From Octopus bimaculoides (lineage: Eukaryota): a stretch of 64,000 nucleotides of DNA. The stretch is taken from positions 1,315,767 to 1,379,766 of the forward strand of contig NC_068994.1 in NCBI RefSeq assembly GCF_001194135.2, given 5' to 3'. The notes beneath the pieces are model-generated. The model did not search any database and had not been told where the DNA came from. It was given only the letters and a program-made list of their open reading frames with translations. Of the stretch, positions 13,441 through 25,500 are shown piece after piece (the stretch's first letter is position 1; every line of letters begins with the position of its first letter). The position numbers were made by a program, and so were the translations under genes.

Positions 13441-13477
13441 TCTTTCTGTTGAAGAGCGTAGCTCGAAACGTCAAAGA
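13441..13477 (+). ncRNA. Minimal type-I hammerhead ribozyme motif (Penelope-type), CUGUUGA core variant
   Basis: TCTTT-CTGTTGA-A-GAGC(GTA)GCTC-GAAA-C-GTC-AAAGA. Helix I TCTTT/AAAGA abuts the core on both sides, helix II is GAGC/GCTC, helix III is the palindrome ACGT, and the predicted cut is after GUC (C13472). Confidence 0.65.
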
Positions 13478-14884
13478 CTTTCCGTATTCCCAAGCGTCAT
13501 ACTAATACATCCTTTTGTCATTTACACCACCTGTCCTCGTCTGTTGTTNNNNNNNNNNNNNNNNNNNNNNNNNNNNNNNNNNNNNNNNNNNNNNNNNNNN
13601 NNNNNNNNNNNNNNNNNNNNNNNNNNNNNNNNNNNNNNNNNNNNNNNNNNNNNNNNNNNNNNNNNNNNNNNNNNNNNNNNNNNNNNNNNNNNNNNNNNNN
13701 NNNNNNNNNNNNNNNNNNNNNNNNNNNNNNNNNNNNNNNNNNNNNNNNNNNNNNNNNNNNNNNNNNNNNNNNNNNNNNNNNNNNNNNNNNNNNNNNNNNN
13801 NNNNNNNNNNNNNNNNNNNNNNNNNNNNNNNNNNNNNNNNNNNNNNNNNNNNNNNNNNNNNNNNNNNNNNNNNNNNNNNNNNNNNNNNNNNNNNNNNNNN
13901 NNNNNNNNNNNNNNNNNNNNNNNNNNNNNNNNNNNNNNNNNNNNNNNNNNNNNNNNNNNNNNNNNNNNNNNNNNNNNNNNNNNNNNNNNNNNNNNNNNNN
14001 NNNNNNNNNNNNNNNNNNNNNNNNNNNNNNNNNNNNNNNNNNNNNNNNNNNNNNNNNNNNNNNNNNNNNNNNNNNNNNNNNNNNNNNNNNNNNNNNNNNN
14101 NNNNNNNNNNNNNNNNNNNNNNNNNNNNNNNNNNNNNNNNNNNNNNNNNNNNNNNNNNNNNNNNNNNNNNNNNNNNNNNNNNNNNNNNNNNNNNNNNNNN
14201 NNNNNNNNNNNNNNNNNNNNNNNNNNNNNNNNNNNNNNNNNNNNNNNNNNNNNNNNNNNNNNNNNNNNNNNNNNNNNNNNNNNNNNNNNNNNNNNNNNNN
14301 NNNNNNNNNNNACATACTCATATGTACATATATTCCATTTACTACATATGTTCAGTTCCACTTGATACACTGTGGTTGCCCAAGGGCTGTTGGTATATAG
14401 CAAGGTATCTTATTTAAAATGAGACACACCCGACAAGATGCAGCCTGCATTGATAGATGTAACATACCTAGCTGTACAATATCCCACCCATAAGGGACAG
14501 ATGCAGGATGAATCAAAATCATTGCTTTTCTGAATAATGTCTCTTGCTAATTCCATTTTCCATTTTCCTCATTCATTATAAACTCAACAAACACTGCAGA
14601 ATCCCTGATGTAGATCCAGTGACATATCATAAATGTGGATGACATCAGGTAGCCTAAATGGTGAAAGTGCTTTAATCAGCATACCCAAAATCCAACTAAT
14701 TGCTTATATATACATAGTAAGGCATTTCCCCCTCCAGACCTCAAACACTGCTGGCCTAAGACCTCTTCAAAATATGAAGATACACCGTAAGGCTAAACCC
14801 CTTATGAGCGAGAAACCCAGGGTAACCCCATAAACCGGCTCCCCATTATAATATATATATATGGAAGCCAGACATTAAACATTG

Positions 14885-14934
<50 letters not shown>

Positions 14935-15031
14935 GTGTGTGTGTGTGTGTGTGTATAACACAAATATATATCTATAATTGAAAAAGTTGGAGTCAACAAG
15001 AAAGAGTACGGTTGCACATTTATTTTTTAAT

Positions 15032-15134
15032 CACTACAATTGTTTCCATGCAACGTAGTTCTCCAAGCTTGCAGGTAACTTGGTTATGCAACCATTTCCT
15101 TGCATTATGAGATCTGGTTGTGTTTCCTCAGGTG
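15032..15134 (-). ncRNA. Type-I hammerhead motif with long helix II (left arm, mirror copy)
   Basis: The reverse complement gives CAC-CTGAGGA-aacacaac...tggttGCATaacca...gttgcatg-GAAA-C-AATT-GTA-GTG. Confidence 0.5.
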
Positions 15135-15271
15135 GTATATAAATTTGCCCACAAACCTTCAGTGATGACACATCTCTTGATACCTTCAGTGCTACTACTA
15201 ACTCCAGACCACGACAGAGAGGATGTTCTTGAAGCTGAGAGTTTTACTTTACAGAAACAACATTTATATAC

Positions 15272-15373
15272 CACCTGAGGAAACACAACTAGATCTCACA
15301 ATGCAGGGAAACAGGTGCATAATCAAGTATCTGTAAGCCTGGAGAACTACGTTGCAGAGAAACAATTGTAGTG
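15272..15373 (+). ncRNA. Type-I hammerhead motif with long helix II (right arm)
   Basis: CAC-CTGAGGA-[~77-nt irregular hairpin]-GAAA-C-AATT-GTA-GTG. Helix III ACAATTGT is palindromic, the triplet is GUA, and helix I is CAC/GTG. Confidence 0.5.
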
Positions 15374-15748
15374 ATTGCAAATAAAAGTCCAGCAGTACTC
15401 CTTTTTGTTGACTCCAACTTTTTTAACAATCTATTCACACATGACAGAAGCCCAAAAGCAAACCTGGAAGTATGTATAATACTACTGCTTGATAGCTCTG
15501 GGTAAATCTGAAGGTGGACAAACTTTATACTGTACTCTACTAAGTTCTTAGGAGAATACAAATGTCTCACTTCATTAATGTGGTGTCTGAAACTAATTTC
15601 TCTGGAAACAAACAAACAAACAAAGATTGTCAACAGAACAAACTTTCTGGTTGTCTGTCTGTATTTCTTTCTTCACAATGAACGTTGTTCATTGACTAAA
15701 TATATCTGAAAGTCTCTGTGAAATATGTATGTATATATATATACATAC

Positions 15749-15795
<47 letters not shown>

Positions 15796-15848
15796 TATAT
15801 ATATACACATATATATATACATACATACATATATATANNNNNNNNNNN

Positions 15849-15897
<49 letters not shown>

Positions 15898-16222
15898 TAC
15901 ACATATATACACACACATATATACACACATATATACATACAAATATATATACATATATGCACACATACATATATATACATACATATATATTCATACATAC
16001 ATATATATACATATATATATACATACATATATATATACATATATATAAATAAATACACACACACACACACACACACACAGACACACATATATGTAGTCAA
16101 TTTGAGAATATAAACCTCTCATAGGGATGGTTCCATCCAAGTTAGGCTGGTTTAATATATTATACTATGAAGAGATATCTCTTTAATAAATATATTATGA
16201 ATATCAAATATTATTAAGCAAG

Positions 16223-16294
16223 AAAATGGAGAGATTTAATGGATAAAATTAATCTATTAATTATCTAACACTATCCATTAAATCTCTCCATTTT
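16223..16294. repeat. Perfect 23-bp inverted repeat, 26-nt loop
   Basis: AAAATGGAGAGATTTAATGGATA (16223-16245) pairs with TATCCATTAAATCTCTCCATTTT (16272-16294). Confidence 0.9.
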
Positions 16295-19200
16295 TTGGTT
16301 TNNNNNNNNNNNNNNNNNNNNNNNNNNNNNNNNNNNNNNNNNNNNNNNNNNNNNNNGAAACCATGTGGTTGGGAAACAAACTTCATATCACACAGCCACA
16401 CCTGTGCCATGCATATGTGTGTGTGTGTCTGTATGTGAATATGTGTGTGCATGAATAAATCAATATATATATATACATACATGCATACATACATATAGAG
16501 AGATAGGTAGATAAATATGTGTTATACACAAATATTTGTTCTTATTTTTATCTGTTGTTTGTGCACCTATAAGTGTGTGTGTATGTATGTGTGTGTGTGA
16601 TGTAATCTTAGAATGTTGGTACGGTTTGTTGGTGGGTGTAGTAGTGATGATGGAGGTGTTTATTGTGGTGGTGATGATGATGATATGGATGATGGGAAGT
16701 GTATACAAGTAGAAAAGTAGACAGTAAAAACAACAGCATTTACAACTGCAATAATAATGATGATGATGATGATGATGCTCTTAAACACAATTGTCAATAC
16801 CAGGAAACTCCAAGATATCGGAATTAGGATAAAATTGTTCTCCCTGTCAACTTGAAAATGCCCGATTTCAAATTCAACAGAATCTTATTTCTGAGATTTT
16901 GGTCTCACACAATATATCGTTGATAATCATTAACAGCACCCACAGTAAAGTGTTCAACATGTTGTTACTTGAGCTCTCTGATTGAGGACTTGGAGCAGCT
17001 CATATAAAACAAAGCAACAATAACATTATTATTATTATTATTATTAATAATAATAATCCTTTCTACTATATTAAAGACAATATAAGGATGAAATGTAAAC
17101 ACACAAACAGCAGAACGCAAGCTGTGGGGCCTCCATCAGTTGTGAAGAGGCTGGCAAAATTACAGGATAAACAAAATGTACCTGAAGAAGAAGAAGAAAA
17201 TTACCCAACTGTTAGATCATAATAATAATTTCTATAATTTCCACACAGTTGACAGATGAAGGGATAATAATGGGAGACTGGCAAGGGGACAGTTAAGGGA
17301 GCCAGTTGAAGGGACAATTAAAGGAAACAGGTGCTAAAAAGTGTGGTGCGTGCTTGACAGAAATCAGTTAAATGAATGAGAGGAATATGAAACAAGATCT
17401 GAAGGGTGGGGCACCACCACTAGGGGTCATAAAGTAAACCCCTCAGATCCAGAAATACGTTGATTGACAAGAGTATGTCTCCTTGTCCAGCTGTGATTCC
17501 CTGGCCCCTATCATGAAGATAGGTGGGTCTTAACACTGGGGCCATACATATCTGTTTCTGTACGTTCACTAAGGACAGACAGTACCACGCTCTATATTGT
17601 CATCACTCTCTGTACAATGTGATCAACAACAACAACACTGATGATGGTATCAAATTTTGGATGAAGGCCAGCAGGTTTTGTTGGTAGGGGTTTAGTTGAG
17701 ACACTTTGAAAAGCACTTTATTTCATCAGCTATGGGTAGGATTTGAACTCAGAATATTAGAAGCTGAAGCAAACACTGCAAAGGACTTTCTCTAACACTC
17801 AAGAGATTCTGCAAATCCACCACCTTGATGATGTCAATGATGATGATGATGACAATATGAGGACAATGATGATAAGAATTACAAAATTAATAATGNNNNN
17901 NNNNNNNNNNNNNNNNNNNNNNNNNNNNNNNNNNNNNNNNNNNNNNNNNNNNNNNNNNNNNNNNNNNNNNNNNNNNNNNNNNNNNNNNNNNNNNNNNNNN
18001 NNNNNNNNNNNNNNNNNNNNNNNNNNNNNNNNNNNNNNNNNNNNNNNNNNNNNNNNNNNNNNNNNNNNNNNNNNNNNNNNNNNNNNNNNNNNNNNNNNNN
18101 NNNNNNNNNNNNNNNNNNNNNNNNNNNNNNNNNNNNNNNNNNNNNNNNNNNNNNNNNNNNNNNNNNNNNNNNNNNNNNNNNNNNNNNNNNNNNNNNNNNN
18201 NNNNNNNNNNNNNNNNNNNNNNNNNNNNNNNNNNNNNNNNNNNNNNNNNNNNNNNNNNNNNNNNNNNNNNNNNNNNNNNNNNNNNNNNNNNNNNNNNNNN
18301 NNNNNNNNNNNNNNNNNNNNNNNNNNNNNNNNNNNNNNNNNNNNNNNNNNNNNNNNNNNNNNNNNNNNNNNNNNNNNNNNNNNNNNNNNNNNNNNNNNNN
18401 NNNNNNNNNNNNNNNNNNNNNNNNNNNNNNNNNNNNNNNNNNNNNNNNNNNNNNNNNNNNNNNNNNNNNNNNNNNNNNNNNNNNNNNNNNNNNNNNNNNN
18501 NNNNNNNNNNNNNNNNNNNNNNNNNNNNNNNNNNNNNNNNNNNNNNNNNNNTATATATGTATGTATGTATACTTATGTATATAAGATAGGCAGATAGATA
18601 GACAGATAGATAGACAGACACATTTTGTTAGAGCATGTATAGATATATATACATGTATGTTATATCCTGATCAGTAATATGAGAATGGTGTAGTTGATGT
18701 TGGTGGTGGTGTTAGTAATGGTGGTGGTGGTGATGGTGTCATAGACACACATATACACACACACACACACACTATAGACCAGTTTCCGAAAGCCACCCTA
18801 GCCTAACTGTGATAAGAACATCCATGCAGTTGTAGTAACACAGCTCTCTCCACTCGCTGACTGTTTTTACTGAATGAACAAATCTTCGCATCACACATCA
18901 CTCACGGCTCACACAGAAGAAACACACACACACACACACACATCACTGGACTACCACTCAAATACTCCCTCCCCACACTCTCTCTCTCTCTTATATCTCC
19001 ATTTCTCACTCAATTATTTCTCCCCCTCTCTCATTGTAGCTTGCTGTTTCTTTCTCTATCGCTCTCTGTCGCCGTTTTTATGTGCATTTATGCACTTCTG
19101 AGCACACATGTGATATGTGTGTGAGTATGTGTGTGAGTGTTTGTGCATGTACATGTATGTATGAACGTGTGTGTGAATGCATGTGAGTGTATGTTTGTGC

Positions 19201-19806
19201 ATGTATGTGCTCATATGTGTGAGCATGTGTGTGTGTGTGTCTCCCTCTTTGTGTGTCTAGGTTTGTATGTATATGTGTATATATACAAATATGTAAATGT
19301 GTACTTGTCACAATGACTTTGTGTGTGTGTGTGTGTGTGCATTTGTTTCTGTGTGTAGGATTATGTGCCAGCACCTGTCTGTGCAGAAGCGTATTTGCAC
19401 ATAGTTGTGTATATCTGGATGTGTGGCCTAAGTTTTTCTATGCATATCAAGTGTATATATATGTTTGACTATAAATCTGTGTGCAGGTATGTATATGTAT
19501 GCATGTATGTATATGTATGCATGTATGTGCATCCTTGTGCTTGTATTTCGGCACTTGTACTTGTGTGTGTATGTGTATAACTATCTGTGTTTGTCTGTAT
19601 GCATGCCTCTGTGTGTGTGTGTGTACGTAGAATATTTTTGCTGCTGTTTACAACCAGACATGTTACGCTTGAGTGTGTGGTTTCAGTGCTATTAGTGAGG
19701 TCAAATTGGAACTCACGATGTACAGGCTCACAAAGGGCTTCCATTCTTGCATATACACAAACACACATACACATATATATACATACACATATACATATAT
19801 ATACAC

Positions 19807-19844
<38 letters not shown>

Positions 19845-20772
19845 NNNNNNNNNNNNNNNNNNNNNNNNNNNNNNNNNNNNNNNNNNNNNNNNNNNNNNNN
19901 NNNNNNNNNNNNNNNNNNNNNNNNNNNNNNNNNNNNNNNNNNNNNNNNNNNNNNNNNNNNNNNNNNNNNNNNNNNNNNNNNNNNNNNNNNNNNNNNNNNN
20001 NNNNNNNNNNNNNNNNNNNNNNNNNNNNNNNNNNNNNNNNNNNNNNNNNNNNNNNNNNNNNNNNNNNNNNNNNNNNNNNNNNNNNNNNNNNNNNNNNNNN
20101 NNNNNNNNNNNNNNNNNNNNNNNNNNNNNNNNNNNNNNNNNNNNNNNNNNNNNNNNNNNNNNNNNNNNNNNNNNNNNNNNNNNNNNNNNNNNNNNNNNNN
20201 NNNNNNNNNNNNNNNNNNNNNNNNNNNNNNNNNNNNNNNNNNNNNNNNNNNNNNNNNNNNNNNNNNNNNNNNNNNNNNNNNNNNNNNNNNNNNNNNNNNN
20301 NNNNNNNNNNNNNNNNNNNNNNNNNNNNNNNNNNNNNNNNNNNNNNNNNNNNNNNNNNNNNNNNNNNNNNNNNNNNNNNNNNNNNNNNNNNNNNNNNNNN
20401 NNNNNNNNNNNNNNNNNNNNNNNNNNNNNNNNNNNNNNNNNNNNNNNNNNNNNNNNNNNNNNNNNNNNNNNNNNNNNNNNNNNNNNNNNNNNNNNNNNNN
20501 NNNNNNNNNNNNNNNNNNNNNNNNNNNNNNNNNNNNNNNNNNNNNNNNNNNNNNNNNNNNNNNNNNNNNNNNNNNNNNNNNNNNNNNNNNNNNNNNNNNN
20601 NNNNNNNNNNNNNNNNNNNNNNNNNNNNNNNNNNNNNNNNNNNNNNNNNNNNNNNNNNNNNNNNNNNNNNNNNNNNNNNNNNNNNNNNNNNNNNNNNNNN
20701 NNNNNNNNNNNNNNNNNNNNNNNNNNNNNNNNNNNNNNNNNNNNNNNNNNNNNNNNNNNNNNNNNNNNNNNN

Positions 20773-20826
<54 letters not shown>

Positions 20827-22204
20827 TACATATACAATGGGCTTCTTTCAGTTTCCATCTGCCATATCCACTCACAAGATATTGGTTAGCCTGAGTCTAT
20901 AGTAAAAGACTCTTGCCCAAGGTGCCATCCAATGGGACTGAACCCGGAACCATGTGGTTCAGAAGCAAGCTACTTACAATGAAAAAGGACATTGTTGAAT
21001 ATTTTTCCACTTGACTGATGCAAAGTTTAGGATTTTGGTGAAGGTGCAAGCAAAGAAATTGGTGATAATCACCAGTATTTGTAGTTACAAAAATGTAGAC
21101 ATGATCAGTCCTGGTTAGATCCACCCACAATAACTTCCACCCATATGATACATCATGGGAATAACAACCTTGACTTGCCATGGGAGACTGGATGAATTCA
21201 ATATACAATCTTATCTGTTTGGAAGTCAGATTTCATAGCCACTTGTCAGAACTATATCGAATCATTGGTGTCACATCTCTTATGTATGTTTTTAGCTTCA
21301 AGCTACTGTTAAGGGATTTGAGAAAGGGAGGAGCAAGAGGGCCATGTTGGCATTGCAGACAATGTCACTATAATGATGTCAGAAAGCATGGGAGTTAAGG
21401 TCATCGTCCCTGAACCAAAGGAATGACTACATCCTTTTATAGGATGATGGGTGATTGATGGACCAGTTAAGCTCTGTGGGGTCTGGTTCAGCCTGGAATA
21501 TACTTATGAGCAGGGTGGCCATCACTATTGCAAGCAACTTCCATTATTGGCTTCTTGTTGTCTTGTTTCAGCTATTAAGATTATCTCAATAACCACCAAC
21601 ACCACCACTACCATGATCACTATCATCACTACCACCATTCCCACCAACACCCTCATTAGAAGCATCAGAAGCAGCAACACGACCATAGAGGTGCTTCCAC
21701 CACCTCTATCATTACTGTTGTAGTTTAAAATATTTAATTTGTTGAAAGATATTTTCCTAATCATTATTAATTTGTTTCTATTTTTTCTATCGATTTTCCA
21801 TCTACCCCCTCCCCCGCTCCACTACCCATATATGGCCCTCCCTCCCAACATGCCCACCTCTCCCTAATATATATTTAAGATATCTCACTACTATTACACT
21901 TTTTTCAGTGTAAACTTGCACATATACATTCTTGCATACACACAGATATATCACACATGCAGAAAGACACACACATCCATCCATTCATACATACATATAT
22001 ACATGGACATATACACATTTTCATAGACATGTACATACACACACATGCAAGCAGATATACTTACATAAACACTCACACAAACTCACATACATATATATAC
22101 ATATACATATACATAGACACATACGAACATATGCATACATACACATACGTATGCATACATACTCATAGTATCTATATACGTATCTATATCTACATACATA
22201 TGCA

Positions 22205-22760
22205 CACAGCTTTGTGATAGAGCTGTTGCTTGTACGCTGTGTGGCAGTTATCAGCCATATCATCAGCAGCTGACCCAAAATGTCCGCAAGGTACAATGTT
22301 CCCATGAGACATGACATTGCTGCCAAAACCATTTATGCTGCTATCTACAGAGAGGATTGTTCTAGCGGTCATAGAAATGGTACAGCAAAGCCAGAATTTA
22401 TTCACACCTTTCAAAACAAGAAATAACATTCCAATAAAAACAATAATCCATGACAAACACAACAGACCTGATATTGTTAGCAGGGGGGACAGGGAACAAA
22501 AGTCATGCACTGTTGTAGAGGTCAATTGTCCAGCAGAAGCAAATATCAGTTTGTGGAAACAAGAGAACATCTGATGTGAACTTGTGACACAGATTTTGTA
22601 TCAGGCATACAGATTTTCTTTGGGTATATTGGGCTATGTAATAACAGATTTGCAGAAAAGACTCAAAGTGCTGTAGTTTTCCAGGAAAGAACAAATCAAA
22701 GTGACTTGCATTCTCCAAATCTAATTGATTAGTGGTGCACTGAAGATTTGTAAAGCATTT
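22205..22760 (+). mobile_element. R4/Dong-type LINE 3' fragment with decayed CCHC knuckle and restriction-like endonuclease
   Basis: A degraded C..C.......H....CP...RHD region is followed by IPIKT...HNRPDIV..D...SCTVVEVNCPAEANI, the PD..D...E catalytic motif. Confidence 0.8.
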
Positions 22761-23917
22761 TGAAGGTTCTGTATTTCAGTTTCCTGGAATGAACCTGATA
22801 TTATCACATCAGTATGTATGCCATAAAATTAGTCATTAGTGATGAGGAAAATTAATCACAAGAATTAAAACAACTAATTGTCATAGATAAAAATAAATTT
22901 AGATTAACTGAATATGGTATACAGTGGCAAGAGTGAGTGAAAGTAAAGGGGAGCAACTGTGAGCATGTTTATATGTTATTACACCTCATCAGCACAGCAA
23001 AATACTGAGTGTTAGGGGAGAACCCCTCCCCATGGACGCTTGCTGCTTGAAGATTTAATAGTAAAGTGGTACTGTCATACTTGATGGAGTGAGTCACCAC
23101 AACCAAAACACTACTACTACTGCTGCTGCTACTATTACTACTGCTGTTGCTGCTGCTACTACCACTACTACTACTGCCCTTACCACTATGACAACCACCA
23201 ACAGCATACCAATAGCCTTACCACTGCAACTGTAACAGCAATACTACTAACATCCCCACCACCACCACCACCACCACCACCACCANNNNNNNNNNNNNNN
23301 NNNNNNNNNNNNNNNNNNNNNNNNNNNNNNNNNNNNNNNNNNNNNNNNNNNNNNNNNNNNNNNNNNNNNNNNNNNNNNNNNNNNNNNNNNNNNNNNNNNN
23401 NNNNNNNNNNNNNNNNNNNNNNNNNNNNNNNNNNNNNNNNNNNNNNNNNNNNNNNNNNNNNNNNNNNNNNNNNNNNNNNNNNNNNNNNNNNNNNNNNNNN
23501 NNNNNNNNNNNNNNNNNNNNNNNNNNNNNNNNNNNNNNNNNNNNNNNNNNNNNNNNNNNNNNNNNNNNNNNNNNNNNNNNNNNNNNNNNNNNNNNNNNNN
23601 NNNNNNNNNNNNNNNNNNNNNNNNNNNNNNNNNNNNNNNNNNNNNNNNNNNNNNNNNNNNNNNNNNNNNNNNNNNNNNNNNNNNNNNNNNNNNNNNNNNN
23701 NNNNNNNNNNNNNNNNNNNNNNNNNNNNNNNNNNNNNNNNNNNNNNNNNNNNNNNNNNNNNNNNNNNNNNNNNNNNNNNNNNNNNNNNNNNNNNNNNNNN
23801 NNNNNNNNNNNNNNNNNNNNNNNNNNNNNNNNNNNNNNNNNNNNNNNNNNNNNNNNNNNNNNNNNNNNNNNNNNNNNNNNNNNNNNNNNNNNNNNNNNNN
23901 NNNNNNNNNNNNNNNNN

Positions 23918-23986
<69 letters not shown>

Positions 23987-24737
23987 ACATATATATATAT
24001 GTATGTATATGTATATGTATATATATATATATATACAAATATGCATATGTATATGTATATATATTATATATCTTTGTACATCTTCACACAACTTTATACT
24101 ATTATGTACAACTTTGTGGAACTTTATATATTTTTATATATACACTTCTTCATAAATTGTTATAGTTGTTATATATTTTATATATCATTATACTACATAT
24201 ATTCACACACAAACACATGTATATATGTGTCTGTGTGTATAAATGGATATCTTTGTACATGTATGCATATATGTGTGTGTATATATGCTCATTCATAGAT
24301 CTTTATGCATCATTATATGTCTTTATATAACATTCTTTCTATATCCATACTTCGTTGTTTCTTCAACGAACCCCACTTCCCCACTTTCTCCACTTCTCTT
24401 TAAAGCCATCATTACGTTTTCATTTTTTCTCATTTTCTTTTCTTTACCACCATCACCACCACCACCACCACTACTATTCACACTATAAGGACATCACCAC
24501 TTCCCTCACTACTACTACTTCTACCCACAGCATACTAAAGCATTCTACACTGTTGCGCAACAACCTATACCATTCTACACTTTTATACACAATTCTACAT
24601 TACTCCGTCTGATTCTTCATAGTTCTATACAATTCTAAAACATCTTATACAATTATACATCACTCTGCACTACACACACACACACACACACACATTTATA
24701 TTTAAGCATATAATTATAAATATATAATTATAATTAA

Positions 24738-25165
24738 GGGTGTTGGGGGGACAATGCCAATACACTAGAAGTAGATGTCAAATATCTACAAACCACGCTT
24801 AATTTGTTTTCCTAATGATTATATCCTCAATTTATATAATTTTGAGTTCCCTACTCATTATATTTGTTCTGGTACTCTTCTGACAATAACCGCATGGCTG
24901 AGAGGGACGATTAGATATAATGTATGTGTGAGAAATGTATGTATTTATTGGTATCTATATATATTTTTCATTTATATACTGAAGATTGTAAAGTAATTTT
25001 TATTACAAAACACGAAATCTTAAGATATAGTGTTGTCCAAAATTCTATAAATCTTCTGTCCATTTCCTCACATTCGGCCTTGTGCAAAACAAAAAACAAA
25101 TTTAGAGTGGTTTGTAGACATTTGACATCAACTTCTAGAGTACTGGCGTTGTCCCTCCAATTCCC
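24738..25165. mobile_element. Non-autonomous DNA transposon (MITE) with ~75-bp TIRs and TTAA target-site duplication; Kolobok-like
   Basis: TTAA|GGGTGTTGGGGGGACAATGCCAATACACTAGAAGTAGATGTCAAATATCTACAAACCAC ... GTGGTTTGTAGACATTTGACATCAACTTCTAGAGTACTGGCGTTGTCCCTCCAATTCCC|TTAA. GG termini with a TTAA TSD fit Kolobok rather than piggyBac (CCC termini). Confidence 0.8.
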
Positions 25166-25229
25166 TTAATTATACACACAGTCTTCTTGAGCAGAATTAA
25201 CACTGACTTAGTTCTGTCTGTCCAAAAAG

Positions 25230-25500
25230 CCAGTATAGTTTTAAGTCAGGTCAAGGGTCAATGGATATGATATTCAGTTTGTGGCAAGTTCAGGAGAAGG
25301 CCCAGGAGTACAATAAAGGCCTCTATGTAGTATTTGTTGACCTCGCAAAAGCCTTTGGCTCAGTATATAGGCAGGCTTTGTGGAAAGTATTAGCAAAACT
25401 TGAGATTCACAAGCATTATCCTGGAAATGTGTGGAATATCTGGTAGAGAGGCTTTCTTGATCAAATCTCAAATGTAATGCTGTGGACACAACCTTTGCAT
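25230..25500 (+). mobile_element. RTE-clade LINE reverse-transcriptase fragment
   Basis: Translation MDMIFSLWQVQEKAQEYNKGLYVVFVDLAKAFGSVYRQALWKVLAK matches the RTE/BovB RT motif DMIF..RQLQEK..E....LY..F.DL.KAFD.V.R..LW. Confidence 0.85.

Larger units (their letters stand above)
14981..15424. mobile_element. Inverted repeat (arms 14981-15144 and 15262-15424, ~117-nt spacer); probable inverted pseudo-LTR pair of a Penelope-like element
   Basis: The arms are reverse complements with scattered mismatches. Read outward, each has TATATA...CTGAGGA...GAAAC...AATAAA, the usual order in PLE pseudo-LTRs. Confidence 0.75.

Noticed and set aside
14760-14850. HDV-like ribozyme-looking segments (minus strand TTCTCGC here; GGCCCC/GGGGCC at ~17510-17550)
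   Set aside because: I could not build P1, P3, L3 and P1.1 in correct register.
15160-15240. GTGATGA ... CTGA spacing resembling a C/D-box snoRNA in the foldback spacer
   Set aside because: Only ~3 bp of terminal stem, no recognisable rRNA antisense element, and it lies inside a repeat.
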